The position numbers were made by a program, and so were the translations under genes. Positions 14,297 to 25,243 of a DNA stretch of 64,000 nucleotides are shown here, in pieces (the first letter of the stretch is position 1; every line of letters starts with the position of its first letter). The stretch spans positions 1-64,000 of the forward strand of contig CAXHJY010000065.1 of the NCBI GenBank assembly GCA_964016885.1, written 5' to 3'. The notes below the pieces were generated by a model. It made no database searches and was not told the origin of the DNA. It worked only from the letters and a program-made list of their open reading frames with translations. This DNA comes from Eledone cirrhosa (lineage: Eukaryota).

Positions 14297-14480
14297 AAGA
14301 GGGTGGGGTCAGATACCAGGTGGACCATAATGCACCAGAGTACTCGATACTTGGGGTAGTAGAGTGGGTAATATGAAAAGATTCAGGACCCTGATGGCTG
14401 AGCTCTTGCCATTTCGAGAGTTCGGATCTAGCTGTAAAATGGCCGGAGCTCAGCCATCAGGGTACTGAATCTCTTCATAT
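14292..14480. mobile_element. Fold-back element, family C, with hammerhead 3' half
   Basis: Arms ~14371-14416 and ~14436-14480. The minus strand reads GAAAT-GGC-AAGAGCTCA-GCC-ATC-AGGGTCC. Left-only tail at 14292-14370; flanked by (TA)n. Homologous to the 15328 and 34018 copies. Confidence 0.7.
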
Positions 14481-15278
14481 ATATATATATACATATACAT
14501 ATATCAAATTATAAATGCAAGGAAATAATAGACAAAGTATACCTATTGTTTCTTCAAAGTCCCAACTGTAGTTTCACCAATTGGATTGCAGCAACCATAC
14601 AACAGAAAAGTGAACCATCGCTGTGAGGCTGAAGGCTTATCTAGAGACCCTTCAATATAGTGGACTATTTCTTGACCTGACTACTACAAATGAATAATTC
14701 TTGGAAGGGAGAAATTATCTTGTGATACAGTGGTCACAGAAGGAAGGCAAACCCAGACATTTAGTGAATACCGAATATATATATTCGTAGAAATCTGTAG
14801 ATGGAAGATCAAAGAAAACTGCTCAATCTATTGGAGGAGAGCTTATTTAGTTTGAACAAAATTTCATGTATATGCTACCATTGATTTTGAGATAAAGCCA
14901 TGGCCTACACTGTATAATGGAGGAGGCATTTTTAAACTGGCCCTTCATTCAGGTACGTGGACAAAAATATAAAAAAGGGAAGTTGTTGTCCCTAGTCTAA
15001 ATCTCCCTTCGAATTGTGGAGATGTATATTTGAAACAGAGGACGTAATTCTGGCCTGAAAATTTTCTGAATATGAATATATCCAAACATTTCTGGGCTAT
15101 ACTATCCAGTGTGTACATTTGCAAACATGGATATTCACTAAAATATTGTGTCTTTAATGGGGCTTCACCAGTTTTAAGATCTGAGGTGTAAAAGTATGCA
15201 TGCCTGTGTGATCGTTGGTTACAGTTGTAATCTTATGTTGTAATCTTTAAGTCTCTTTCAACAATTAGTGTGTGTGTG

Positions 15279-15319
<41 letters not shown>

Positions 15320-15327
15320 TATATATA

Positions 15328-15513
15328 ACAAAGAGGGTGTGGTAAGATACTAGGTGGACTATAACGCACTAGAGTACTCAATACTTAGGGTAGTAAAGAG
15401 GGTAATAGGAAAAGAGTTACGACCCCGACGGCTGAGCTCCAGCCATTTCGACAGCTAGATCTAGCTGCCGAAATGGCTGGAGCTCAGCCGTTGGGGTCCT
15501 GCCTTTTTTTCTA
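15328..15513. mobile_element. Fold-back element, family C, second copy
   Basis: GACCCCGACGGCTGAGCTCCAGCCATTTCGACAGCTAG|AT|CTAGCTGCCGAAATGGCTGGAGCTCAGCCGTTGGGGTC is a near-perfect palindrome. Same tail as the 14292 copy; TA flanks. Confidence 0.7.
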
Positions 15514-15742
15514 CATACATATATATATTTATATATATATATATATAGTATTAGTTATACTATTTATGGTTTTGTAAATACCTTATGCAGTTATAAGTAT
15601 TTTACACACACCCTAAATAGTGGTAGGCAGTAATGTATTACTACCTTATTACCAGTAAGTTAAGTAGCTCAATGTAAAAACATCAGATGATTTACAGAGC
15701 AGTTATATGAAATATAAGAATCAAAGAACTGTTCAAAACATT

Positions 15743-15796
15743 ATTGTGCTTACAGCTGTTTCCTCCAAACCGAGGTTTGGATTCTTCGGAGCAATT
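15743..15796 (-). ncRNA. Minimal type I hammerhead ribozyme (family E, inverted copy)
   Basis: Exact reverse complement of 16237-16290. Confidence 0.7.
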
Positions 15797-16236
15797 TATT
15801 AATGCATGGACAGTTATATGACCTCCTTTTCAGCCGAGAGACATACCGATACATATTCAAACATTGATACATATTCAAATATTGTGGGTCAACATTCATT
15901 ATAGAATTTAGAGTGGCAGTACACACTTCGAGATTACATTTATATTAAGAGGTACAATCAAAAATCAAAAATACAGGTTAAAATACAACATGAAGATAAG
16001 CGGTTATATAGTGCAAATGTTATATGTGTGGCACGCATGTGCGTCTTGTTTATATAGTGTGGCAGAGAGATATGTGTGGTAGAGGCACTTAGGTAGGTAA
16101 ACAAGAGTGTTAGGTTGGTAGATCTGGTGGCAAATTCTTTATATGATTGATTTGCACTATATAACCGCTTATCTTCATGTTGTATTTTAACCTGTATTAT
16201 TGAAAAGGAGGTCATATAACTGTCCATGCATTAATA

Positions 16237-16290
16237 AATTGCTCCGAAGAATCCAAACCTCGGTTTGGAGGAAACAGCTGTAAGCACAAT
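16237..16290 (+). ncRNA. Minimal type I hammerhead ribozyme (family E)
   Basis: TGCT-CCGAAGA-A-TCCAAACC-TC-GGTTTGGA-G-GAAAC-AGCT-GTA/AGCA. Core has a U4>C variant, a GC-containing stem II hairpin, palindromic stem III ACAGCTGT, and a predicted GUA cleavage after 16282. Confidence 0.7.
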
Positions 16291-16381
16291 AATGTTTTGA
16301 ACAGTTCTTTGATTCTTATATTTCATATATTTCATATATATATATATATTTATTTATATATATATATATATATATTATATA

Positions 16382-16474
<93 letters not shown>

Positions 16475-16523
16475 TTATTTATATATATATATATATATAT
16501 TTATTTATATATATATATATAAA

Positions 16524-16574
<51 letters not shown>

Positions 16575-19500
16575 TGACCATGCTGTAAAATGGAGGGGTA
16601 GAGAGGGCCCTTGAGTCTAGTAGGACATCCTCTCTAGTGCTGGTGGCACAAATAAAAGCACCCAGTCCATGCTGTAAAGTGGCGCTGGTGTTAGGAAGGG
16701 CATCCAACCAGTGTATCAATGCCAAAACGCTTATCAGCACAGCAACAAATAAGAACAAAAACAAAATATGAAGACGTCGCATCTCAGAGTTGCAACACTT
16801 AATGTTGGCACTCGCAGAGTTAGATCTGCTGAAATAGCGGAGATGCTGGAGAGAAGGCAGGTTGATGTGTGCTGCGTGCAAGAGGTGGAATGTAGAGGTG
16901 CCTCTGTGAGACTAGTCGTAGGCAAACGTCTTAGCTATAAGCTATTCTGGGTAGGTAAGGATGATGGGTTAGGGGGAGTGGGCATTTTCCTGGCTGAGAA
17001 ATGGATCAATAAGACAATAGAGATAGTTCGAGTTAGTAATCGAATAATTAAGCTTAGATTAGTTGTAGGCAGGAGACTACTGACAATCATCTCGGCCTAT
17101 GCTCCCCAAGCAGGCCTAGGCAAAGATGAGAAAGACTGCTTTTACGAGCAACTTTTACAAACAATCGCAATGACAGCGGACGGAGACATCGTTATGCTAG
17201 CAGGAGACTTCAATGGTCATGTTGGACAGCTCCAGGATGGTTACACTGGGGTACATGGTGGGCACGGTTACGGCTCAAGAAATGAAGAAGAAGTGAGACT
17301 TCTTGAATTTTGTGATGCAGGTACATTGACTATTTGCAACACAAACTTCCAGAAACCTGCCAATCACCTAATAACCTACAAATCTGGTGAGCACATAAGC
17401 CAGATTGACTTCTTACTAGTTAGGCAGCGGGACAGGCAGATAGTGTCTAATACCAAGGCATACCCTGGGGAAGAATGTACCCCACAGCATAGGTTAGTTG
17501 TTAGTGATATCTCAGTAAGCAAGAGATGGAATGAGACATATAGGAAGGTGTGGAGAAGAAAGGTCTGGAAGCTAAAAGACCTTTCACTAAAATACAAATT
17601 TAGGAAAGCCCTTCAAGATGTATATGACGAAAAAGAAGACGATTTAGAGATGTATGACATAGATAATAACTGGAATTTCTTACGTCACAACTTGCTGCAG
17701 GCTACTGATGAAACTTGTGGCTGGAGCAGAGCTCCAACCAGACAGAGAGTGACCTGGTGGTGGAACAGCACAGTAGATAAGGCCATTAGAGACAAAAGAC
17801 TAGCATGGAAGGCTTGGAAAAAGGGTGGGAGTAGGGAAGAATATACAGCCATTAAGAGAGAAGCTAGACGTCAGGTGTACTTAGCACGCAGGGAGGCGGA
17901 GAGTAGGAGGTTTGCCAATGTTCAGCGACGGGAAGATCAGAGGCGTGCGGTGTTCCACATTGCAAGGCAGTGTGTCAATGCAAATCAGGATGTTGTTAGA
18001 GATAAATGTGTCCGGGATGATGCCGGTGTACTTAGTGTCACAAATGATCAGAAAAAGGAGGCCTGGAAATGTCATTATGAGAGACTGATGAATGTGGAGA
18101 ACGAATGGGAGAGAGAAATTACCCTTAGTAGATCCGACAGAGGGACCAGCTATTGAGATTGACGAATATAGGGTCCAAGAGGCGATTAGGGAAATGAAAA
18201 ATGGTAAGGCTGCTGGACCATCGGGAATAGTTGCTGAGATGCTGAAGGCATCAGGGGACGTAGGCACTAAACTGGTTGCACACATCATCAATCAGGCTAT
18301 ATATGGTGGTGTCATACCCAAAGAATGGTGCAGCAGTATTCTCATAAATTGCTACAAAGGTAAAGGGGATGCTCTGGAGAGGAGCAATTATAGGGGTATA
18401 AAACTGATAGATCAGGTTACGAAAGTGGCAGAAAGGATATTAGCACAACTAATTAGAGAAAGGGTCAAACTAGATGAGATGCAGTTTGGTTTTGTGCCTG
18501 GGAAGAGTACAACAGATGCCCTCTTCTTGGTGAGACAATTGCAAGAGAGGTTCTTAGAGAAAAATAAGCCACTATACTTAGCCTTTGTTGACCTAGAGAA
18601 GGCCTTTGATAGGGTACCCCGATCTGTCATCTGGTGGTCCCTAAGGAAGCTAGGTGTTGAGGAATGGCTTGTGAGGACAGTACAAATTTTGTACAGAGGT
18701 ACTCTCAGTAAAGTCAGAGTAGGAATGGAGTTTAGTGAGGAATTCCAGATACAAGTAGGAGTACATCAGGGTTCGGTCCTCAGCCCGCTCTTGTTCATTA
18801 TAGTCCTCCAAGCCATAACAGAGGAGTTTAAGACTGGCTGTCCATGGGAACTTCTCTATGCTGATGATCTGGTTCTTATAGCAGAATCAGTAGAGGAGCT
18901 AGAGAATAAATTCTAGCTATGGAAATAGCAGTTGGAAGCAAAAGGACTGAGAGTGAACCTAGCTAAGACAAAAGTGTTGATGAGTAGAAAAGAGGACAAA
19001 ACCCTGATTCCATCAGGGAAATGGCCATGTTCGATATGCAGAAAAGGAACAGGCATAAATTCTATAAAATGCACACAATGCAGATCCTGGCTACACAAGA
19101 GATGTAGCGGGATAGCAGGCAAACTAACAGGTAGGGAGAAATATGTATGCAGTAGATGTACAGGGAAATTAGACAGTAGAAGTCGCATTGATAGACACAT
19201 TTTTCAAATGCAGGAGGGCGCTATAGAAGTGGTAGATAGCTTCCGGTACCTAAGAGATCAGATTAACATGGGAGGAGGATGTTCCGAGGCCATAGTATCT
19301 AAAATAAGGATGGGTTGGAAGAAGTTTAGAGAGCTGCTTCCTCTGTTGACGAAGAAGGGTTTCTCCCTGCGTACGAAAAGCCGGTTGTATGATGCCTGTG
19401 TGAGGAGCGCGATGCTGCATGGTAGTGAGACATGGGCAGCAACTGTAGAGGATATGCGACGGCTGGAGAGAAATGAGGAAAGCATGCTCCGTTGGATGTG

Positions 19501-19855
19501 CAGTGTAAATGTACGTGAACGACCCATAATAAATGTGTTGAGAGAGAAACTGTGTCTGAGAGGGATAGAATGTAATGTACGGGAGATGAGACTGAGGTGG
19601 TATGGACATGTGATGCGCATGGAGGATGACCGATGGGTTAAGAAGTGCCAGGAAATGCCAGTTGAAGGAAGACGTGGTAGAGGTAGACCACGAAGAACAT
19701 GGGCGGAGGTGGTGAGAACAGACCTCAGATCATTGAAGCTCATGGTGGAGATGACGAAGGACCGTGATGAGTGGAGAGATGCTGTGCTGAATAAGACCCG
19801 TCCCACCCTTGCAAGCAGGGAAAAGTGGACGTAAAATGATGATGATGATGATGAT
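16575..19855 (+). mobile_element. Near full-length RTE-clade LINE copy B (5' UTR, APE-RT-PHD ORF, short 3' end, (GAT)n)
   Basis: ATG at 16768. APE motifs (ATLNVGT, VQE, GDFNGHVG, QIDF, QHRLV); RT motifs (QFGF, FVDLEKAFD, QGSVLSP, YADD). One frameshift near 18110, TAG stops at ~18914 and ~18927, ORF ends at 19834 inside the 3' terminal stem. Inserted in (TA)n. Confidence 0.97.
16768..19834 (+). pseudogene. RTE polyprotein (~1020 aa): APE endonuclease, reverse transcriptase, inserted PHD finger; 1 frameshift and 2 stops
   Basis: ORF track segments 16768-18156, 18092-18916 and 18932-19834 join into one colinear RTE ORF. Confidence 0.93.
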
Positions 19856-19958
19856 ATATATATATATATTTAATTATATATGAATATATATATATATATT
19901 TATTTATATATATATATATTTATTTATATATATATATATTTGTATATATATATATATA

Positions 19959-20042
<84 letters not shown>

Positions 20043-20259
20043 CATATATATATAAGTATGTACACGTACATACATATATGTATACAGACGTACAGTATTA
20101 TGTATATATATATACATACATGCACACATATATATATATGTACGTATGGATTCACCGAACATTTATTATAATGCTCGGTGTGTTTGTAAACAAACATCCC
20201 GTATTAAGCCGTAGTGTCCAGCAACCATCGTTGCTCATTTGTTCAACACTGACAAAGGA

Positions 20260-20302
20260 ACACTGTACTAGTTTCAAGCTTATTAGCTATCGTCAGCAAC
20301 GT
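20260..20302 (-). ncRNA. Minimal type I hammerhead ribozyme (family A, copy a)
   Basis: Minus strand ACGTTG-CTGACGA-TAGCTAATAAGCTT-GAAAC-TA-GTA/CAGTGT. Intact core, palindromic stem III ACTAGT. Confidence 0.75.
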
Positions 20303-20587
20303 ATACCTTCTTGCCAGATTGTTGAACGTCTGAAAGTATATACTTTCCTTATGCATATTAACGGCTGAGCAGCCTAATTTGCATATCGAGTGGGTTAATC
20401 GGCCGGGTGTACCGAAAACGATAAACGGAAAAAATGAAACGTAATTTCATTTCCCACTCTTAGTACGGCTGTTACTTAAATATAAGTATGTACATGTACA
20501 CTCGATATGCAAATTGGGCACTCAGCCGTTAATAGGCATAAGGTAAGTATATACTTTCAGACGTTCAACAATCTGGCAGGAAGGTAT

Positions 20588-20630
20588 ACGTTGCTGATGA
20601 TAGCTAATAAGTTTGAAACTTGTACAGCGT
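20588..20630 (+). ncRNA. Minimal type I hammerhead ribozyme (family A, copy b)
   Basis: ACGTTG-CTGATGA-TAGCTAATAAGTTT-GAAAC-TT-GTA/CAGCGT. Six-bp stem I; predicted cleavage after 20624. Confidence 0.75.
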
Positions 20631-20922
20631 TCCTTTTTCAGTGTTGAACAAACGAGCAATGATGGTTGCTAGACACTACGGCTTAATACGGGATGTTTGT
20701 TTACAAACACACCGAGCATTATAATAAGTGTTCGGTGAATCCATACGTACATATATATATGTGTGCATGTATGTATATATATATACATACTAGTGTACGT
20801 CTGTATACATATATGTATGTACGTGTACATACTTATATTTAAGTAACAGCCGTACGAAGAGTGGGAAATGAAATTTCGTTTCATTTTTTCCGTTTATATA
20901 TATATATATGTATATATTTATT

Positions 20923-21108
20923 TATCCAGGAGATTCCAACCAGAATGGTTGCATTTTTTCAGGGTATGTCAATATTTATTTATAAAACTAACCTATATTA
21001 TATTTTATTTGATGAAAGCGCACCATAGTTTGCCTTGGTGGCCCTTGATATATGTATAATGAAATAAATATGGTTTTATAAATATAGTTTCCATTTGTTA
21101 ATATATTG
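20923..21108 (+). mobile_element. Degenerate single arm of family D with a decayed hammerhead
   Basis: ATTTTAT-TTGATGA-AAGCGCACCATAGTTTGCCTTGGTGGCCCTT-GATAT... is homologous to 44348-44450. The upstream part matches the reverse complement of ~44265-44330. Confidence 0.65.
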
Positions 21109-21140
<32 letters not shown>

Positions 21141-21417
21141 GAATAGAATGAAACGAAATTTCATTTCTCACTCTTAGTACGGCAGTTACTTAAATGTAAG
21201 TATGCATGTATGTATACGTACATACATATATGTATACAGACATACAGTAGTATGTATATATCTACATACATGCACACATTTATATATGCACGTATCGGTT
21301 TACCGAACATTTATTATAATGCTCGGTTTGTTTGTTTGTAAACAAACAAACAGCCCGAATTACACCGTACAGTGCTTACGCAACCACGTTGCCTTTTTGT
21401 TCAACACTGACACAGGA

Positions 21418-21460
21418 ACGATGTACTAGTTTTAAGCTTATTAGCTATCGTCAGCATCGT
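21418..21460 (-). ncRNA. Hammerhead motif (family A, copy c), GAAA>AAAA core mutation
   Basis: Minus strand ACGATG-CTGACGA-TAGCTAATAAGCTT-AAAAC-TA-GTA/CATCGT. Perfect stem I; likely inactive. Confidence 0.6.
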
Positions 21461-21792
21461 ATACCTTCCTGCCAGATGGTTGCACGTCTGAAAGTAGTAC
21501 ATCGTTCCTGTGTCAGTGTTGAACAAAAAGGTGACGTGGTTGCGTAAACACTGTACGGCGTAATTCGGGCTGTTTGTTTACAAACAAACAAACCGAGCAT
21601 TATAATAAATGTTCGGTAAACCGATACGTGCAGATATATATATATGTGTGCATGTATGTATATACATACATACTACTGTACGTCTGTATACATATATGTA
21701 TGTACGTATATATACATACATACTTACATTTAAGTAACTGCCGCACTAAGAGTGAGAAATTAAATTTCGTTTCATTCTATTCCATTTATATA

Positions 21793-21887
<95 letters not shown>

Positions 21888-21956
21888 AGATAGATAGATA
21901 GATAGATATTTATATATACATATATATAGAGAGACAGAGAGAGAGAGAGAGAAAAA

Positions 21957-22265
21957 AAGATGAAATCGAAAATGCAACTGGAGTCTTATTTTTAAAAAAT
22001 ATATATATTTATTTGGTTCCTTTACCGGTTTCGCAGTTCTTCTGCTTTTCAAAAGTAGTTGAGATGGAGGGTCTGTGGTTTTTCTCACATCTACTTTTGA
22101 AAAGCTGAAGAACTACGAAACCGGTAAATGAACCAAATATATATATATATTTTTAAAAAAATAAGACTCTAGTTACATTTTTGATTTCATCTTTTTTTTC
22201 TTTATACTTTCACTCGTGTAGGACACCGGTTATTTTTCATTTTGTAAAAAAAAAATCACTTTCTA
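21957..22265. mobile_element. Fold-back element, family B, second copy
   Basis: Arms ~21957-22064 and ~22084-22195, each with GAAAC-CG-GTA (palindrome ACCGGT). The right-only tail at 22196-22265 matches the reverse complement of 1075-1143. The spacer differs from the first copy. Confidence 0.7.
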
Positions 22266-22306
22266 ATATATATATATATTTATATATATTTATATATATA
22301 TATATT

Positions 22307-22338
<32 letters not shown>

Positions 22339-22641
22339 TATATATATATATTTATATTTATATATATATATTTATACATGGAAAAGAATTAAATGAAATT
22401 TCATTTTTTACTCTTAGTACGGCTGATAATTAAATATAAGTATGTATACGTACATACATATATGTATACAGACGTACAGTAGTATGTATATATATACATA
22501 CATGCACGCATATATATATGTACGTATGGGTTTACCGAACATTTATCATAATGTTCGGTTTGTTTGTAAACAAACAGCCCGAATTAAGCCGTACAGTGTT
22601 CGGCAACCATAGTTGCCCTTTTGTTCAACACTGACAAAGGA

Positions 22642-22684
22642 ATGATGAACTAGTTTCAAGCTTATTAGTTATCGTCAGCCCCGT
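22642..22684 (-). ncRNA. Hammerhead motif (family A, copy d)
   Basis: Minus strand CTGACGA-TAACTAATAAGCTT-GAAAC-TA-GTT. Core intact, stem I decayed. Confidence 0.55.
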
Positions 22685-23070
22685 ATACGTTCCTGTCAGA
22701 TGATTGAACATTTGAAAGTATATACTTTCCTGATGCATATTAATGGCTGAGCAGCCTAATTTGCATATCGAGTTAGTTAGTCGGCCGGGCGTACCGAAAA
22801 CGATAAATGGAAAAGAATGAAATGAAATTTCATTTCGCACTCTTAGTACAGCTGATACTTAAATATAAGTATGTACACGTACATACATATATGTATACAG
22901 ACATACATTAGTATGTATATATATACATACATGCACACATATATATATGTACGTATGGGTTTATTGAACATTTATTATAATGTTCGGTTTGTTTGTAAAC
23001 AAACAGCCCGAATTAAGCCGTAAAGTGTTCAGCAACCATCGTTGCCTTTTTGTTCAACACTGACAAAGGA

Positions 23071-23113
23071 ACAATGAACTACTTTCAAGCTTATTAGCTA
23101 TCATCAGCACTGT
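23071..23113 (-). ncRNA. Hammerhead motif (family A, copy e), 429 bp from copy d
   Basis: Minus strand ACAGTG-CTGATGA-TAGCTAATAAGCTT-GAAAG-TA-GTT/CATTGT. Stem I is retained with a different sequence. Confidence 0.55.
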
Positions 23114-23535
23114 ATAACTTCCTGTTAGATGACAAACAAACCGAACATTATAATAAATGTTCGGTAAACCCATACATATATATATGTGTGCATGCATGTA
23201 TATATATACATACTACTGTACATCTGTATACATATACAGGCGAGAACCCCATTGGCAAATTCATGTACTAAATGGAGTTGCGTCCCCCTGGGGACTATAT
23301 ATTCGAGGCCTGCCTAGGCATAAGCCTCTCTCACATCCTGAACTTCGAAGGAACAAGAACACCTGAGACCTTGTCAAGAGATGACTCCTGCCTCACTTCC
23401 TTCCCCCGCAAGAAGAAGAATACCGACAGCCTAAAGAAATACTCGAACACCACCAAGAGAAGATTTCTGTTCTTCTCTTCACACTCCAGTCTGGGAGATG
23501 TGACCAACTGAACATCTACATGTGGTAACAAATTC

Positions 23536-24780
23536 ATCATCATCATCATCATCACCGTTTTACGTCCGTTCTTCCACGCTAGCATGGGTTAGACGGGTTG
23601 TCCTGTTGTGGGCAGTGTCTGGTCGGCTGACCATGCCTTGCTCATACAGGAACTGATCTGGCTTGATTTCTACAGCTGGATGCCCTTCCTAACACCAACC
23701 TCATTTACAGTGAGTGCTGGGTGCTTTTTCGTGGCGCCTACACGTCCACTTTACAGTGTGGGCTGGGTGCTTTTTTGCCGTGGCACCTCCACGACCACCT
23801 TGCGGTGGGGGGAGTGGGGGCATATTGTTTATATGCTTCAGCATGTACCCATGGGAGGTCGGGTACCCTGTATTACTGCGTGACGCCAGAAGTCACGGTC
23901 GTGTGTCATTGACTTTGAGAGGTGTAGTTGGGTAAGGTCGGCTTTTATCACCTCATCCCAAGTCATCTTGGGTCTCCCCACTCCGCGGTTTCCATCAACA
24001 TCTAGTGCTCTGCACCTTTTTATGCAGCTGTCATCCTTCATACGCATCACATGTCCATACCAGCGTAACCGCCTCTCCTGCACGCAGCATTTGATTCCTC
24101 TTATGCTCAGTCTCTCTCTCAATTCCTTTATGCTTTGTCGTTCACGTATATTACTGTTACACATCCATCGGAGCATGCAGGCTTCGTTTCTCTCTAATCT
24201 ACGTAAGTCTTCCACCTTCAGCGCCCAGGTCTCACTACCATGCAACATCGCTGTTCGGATACACGCATCATACAGTCTGCCTTTCATTCTGAGGGAGAAG
24301 CCTTTTGCAGCTAGCAGTGGTAGTAGTTCCCTAAACTTCTTCCATCCCGTTCTTACCCTAGTTATTGTACTTTCTGAGCACCCACCTCCGTTGCTAATTC
24401 GGTCACCTAGGTAGCAGAAGCTGTCTACTGTTTCTACAGGGCCCTCCCAGAGATTGGTGGTACTTGTTTCCTGTGGCTGTTTGCTTGCTGTTTCAGCACA
24501 GCTGCTGCATGTGAATCCTACATTCTTAATTAAGCTTCCTGAGATCCCGCTACATCTCTTGTGTACCCATTGTTTGCATTTGGGGCAGAGAATGGAGTTC
24601 CTACCTACACCTTTCCTACATACTGAGCAAGGCCATTTCCCTGAGGGGATCTGGGTTCTGTTTTCTCGTCTACTTACAAGGACCTTAGTCTTTGTCATGT
24701 TGACTTTGAGGCCCTTTCTCTCTAGTCCCTGCTTCCAGGTTTGGAATTTATTCTCTAGTTCTACCATAGATTCAGCTATG
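23536..24780 (-). mobile_element. RTE LINE copy C, 5'-truncated, with an open 309-aa C-terminal ORF (23838-24767) including the PHD finger
   Basis: LKVNMTKTKVL-PHD-SFCYLG...RLRWYGHV...GRPK, followed by a long 3' UTR and GGACGTAAAACG(GTGAT)(GAT)n. Confidence 0.95.
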
Positions 24781-24980
24781 AATTATTTATATTAATTTAT
24801 TTGACTTCTGTGAAGTAAAACCTTGTCACAACACTCGCCGGCATTTATTGTCATTCTTGATAATATATATATATACACTGATACTAATATCCTAAAGAAT
24901 TTTAAAGAGTTCAGGATTCCTTTTCCTTTAAGCACATAATTTACAGGGAATAATGAGGGTCAATGGCTACGTTAATTTAT

Positions 24981-25047
<67 letters not shown>

Positions 25048-25191
25048 TAGGGTTAAAATACTGGAGCGTGTTGGAGTTAAACACCCTCTTCGTATTATAG
25101 AAATGACAGTAAAAGGTATAGCTCAATGTAATTAAACAGAGCCGAAGAATTATGAAAGTAAAACAAAGAAGCCTTCAATACATCAAAAGTC

Positions 25192-25243
25192 TTTATTAGC
25201 CAACAATGTTTCGTCCTATTAAGGACTCATCAGGGCAATTAAA
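25192..25243 (-). ncRNA. Type I hammerhead ribozyme (family F, inverted copy)
   Basis: Reverse complement of 26338-26389. Confidence 0.75.

Larger units (their letters stand above)
15590..16328. mobile_element. Inverted-repeat element, family E (Penelope pseudo-LTR-like), with complete hammerheads on both arms
   Basis: Arms ~15704-15832 and ~16201-16328 are near-identical in inverted orientation. A nested inverted pair lies at ~15969-16019 and ~16149-16198. Left-only tail; flanked by (TA)n. Confidence 0.8.
20051..23236. repeat. Mixed tandem/inverted array of a ~429-bp non-coding monomer (family A), one hammerhead per unit
   Basis: Forward 20051-20499, inverted 20500-20896, forward 21141-21495, inverted 21495-21788, direct tandem 22380-22808 and 22809-23130, inverted 23131-23236. 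Segments are separated by (TA)n and by family D and B insertions. Confidence 0.85.

Noticed and set aside
20377-20384. Octamer motif ATTTGCAT in each full family A unit
   Set aside because: A single 8-mer carried by the repeat in AT-rich DNA, with no supporting promoter context.
21485-21505. Inversion junction lying almost at the hammerhead cleavage site
   Set aside because: The junction retains GTA upstream of the cut and is explained by TGAAAGTA/TGAAACTA microhomology, so it is not evidence of a cleaved RNA end.
19880-22396. Long YI/IY-rich ORFs (also 16297-16614, 30239-30537, 59302-59908)
   Set aside because: They are translations of (TA)n/(CA)n microsatellites, which lack stop codons.
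20051-23236. CRISPR-like or satellite interpretation of the array
   Set aside because: Eukaryotic context, ~429-bp units, no unique spacers and mixed orientation; better explained as ribozyme-bearing retroelement units.
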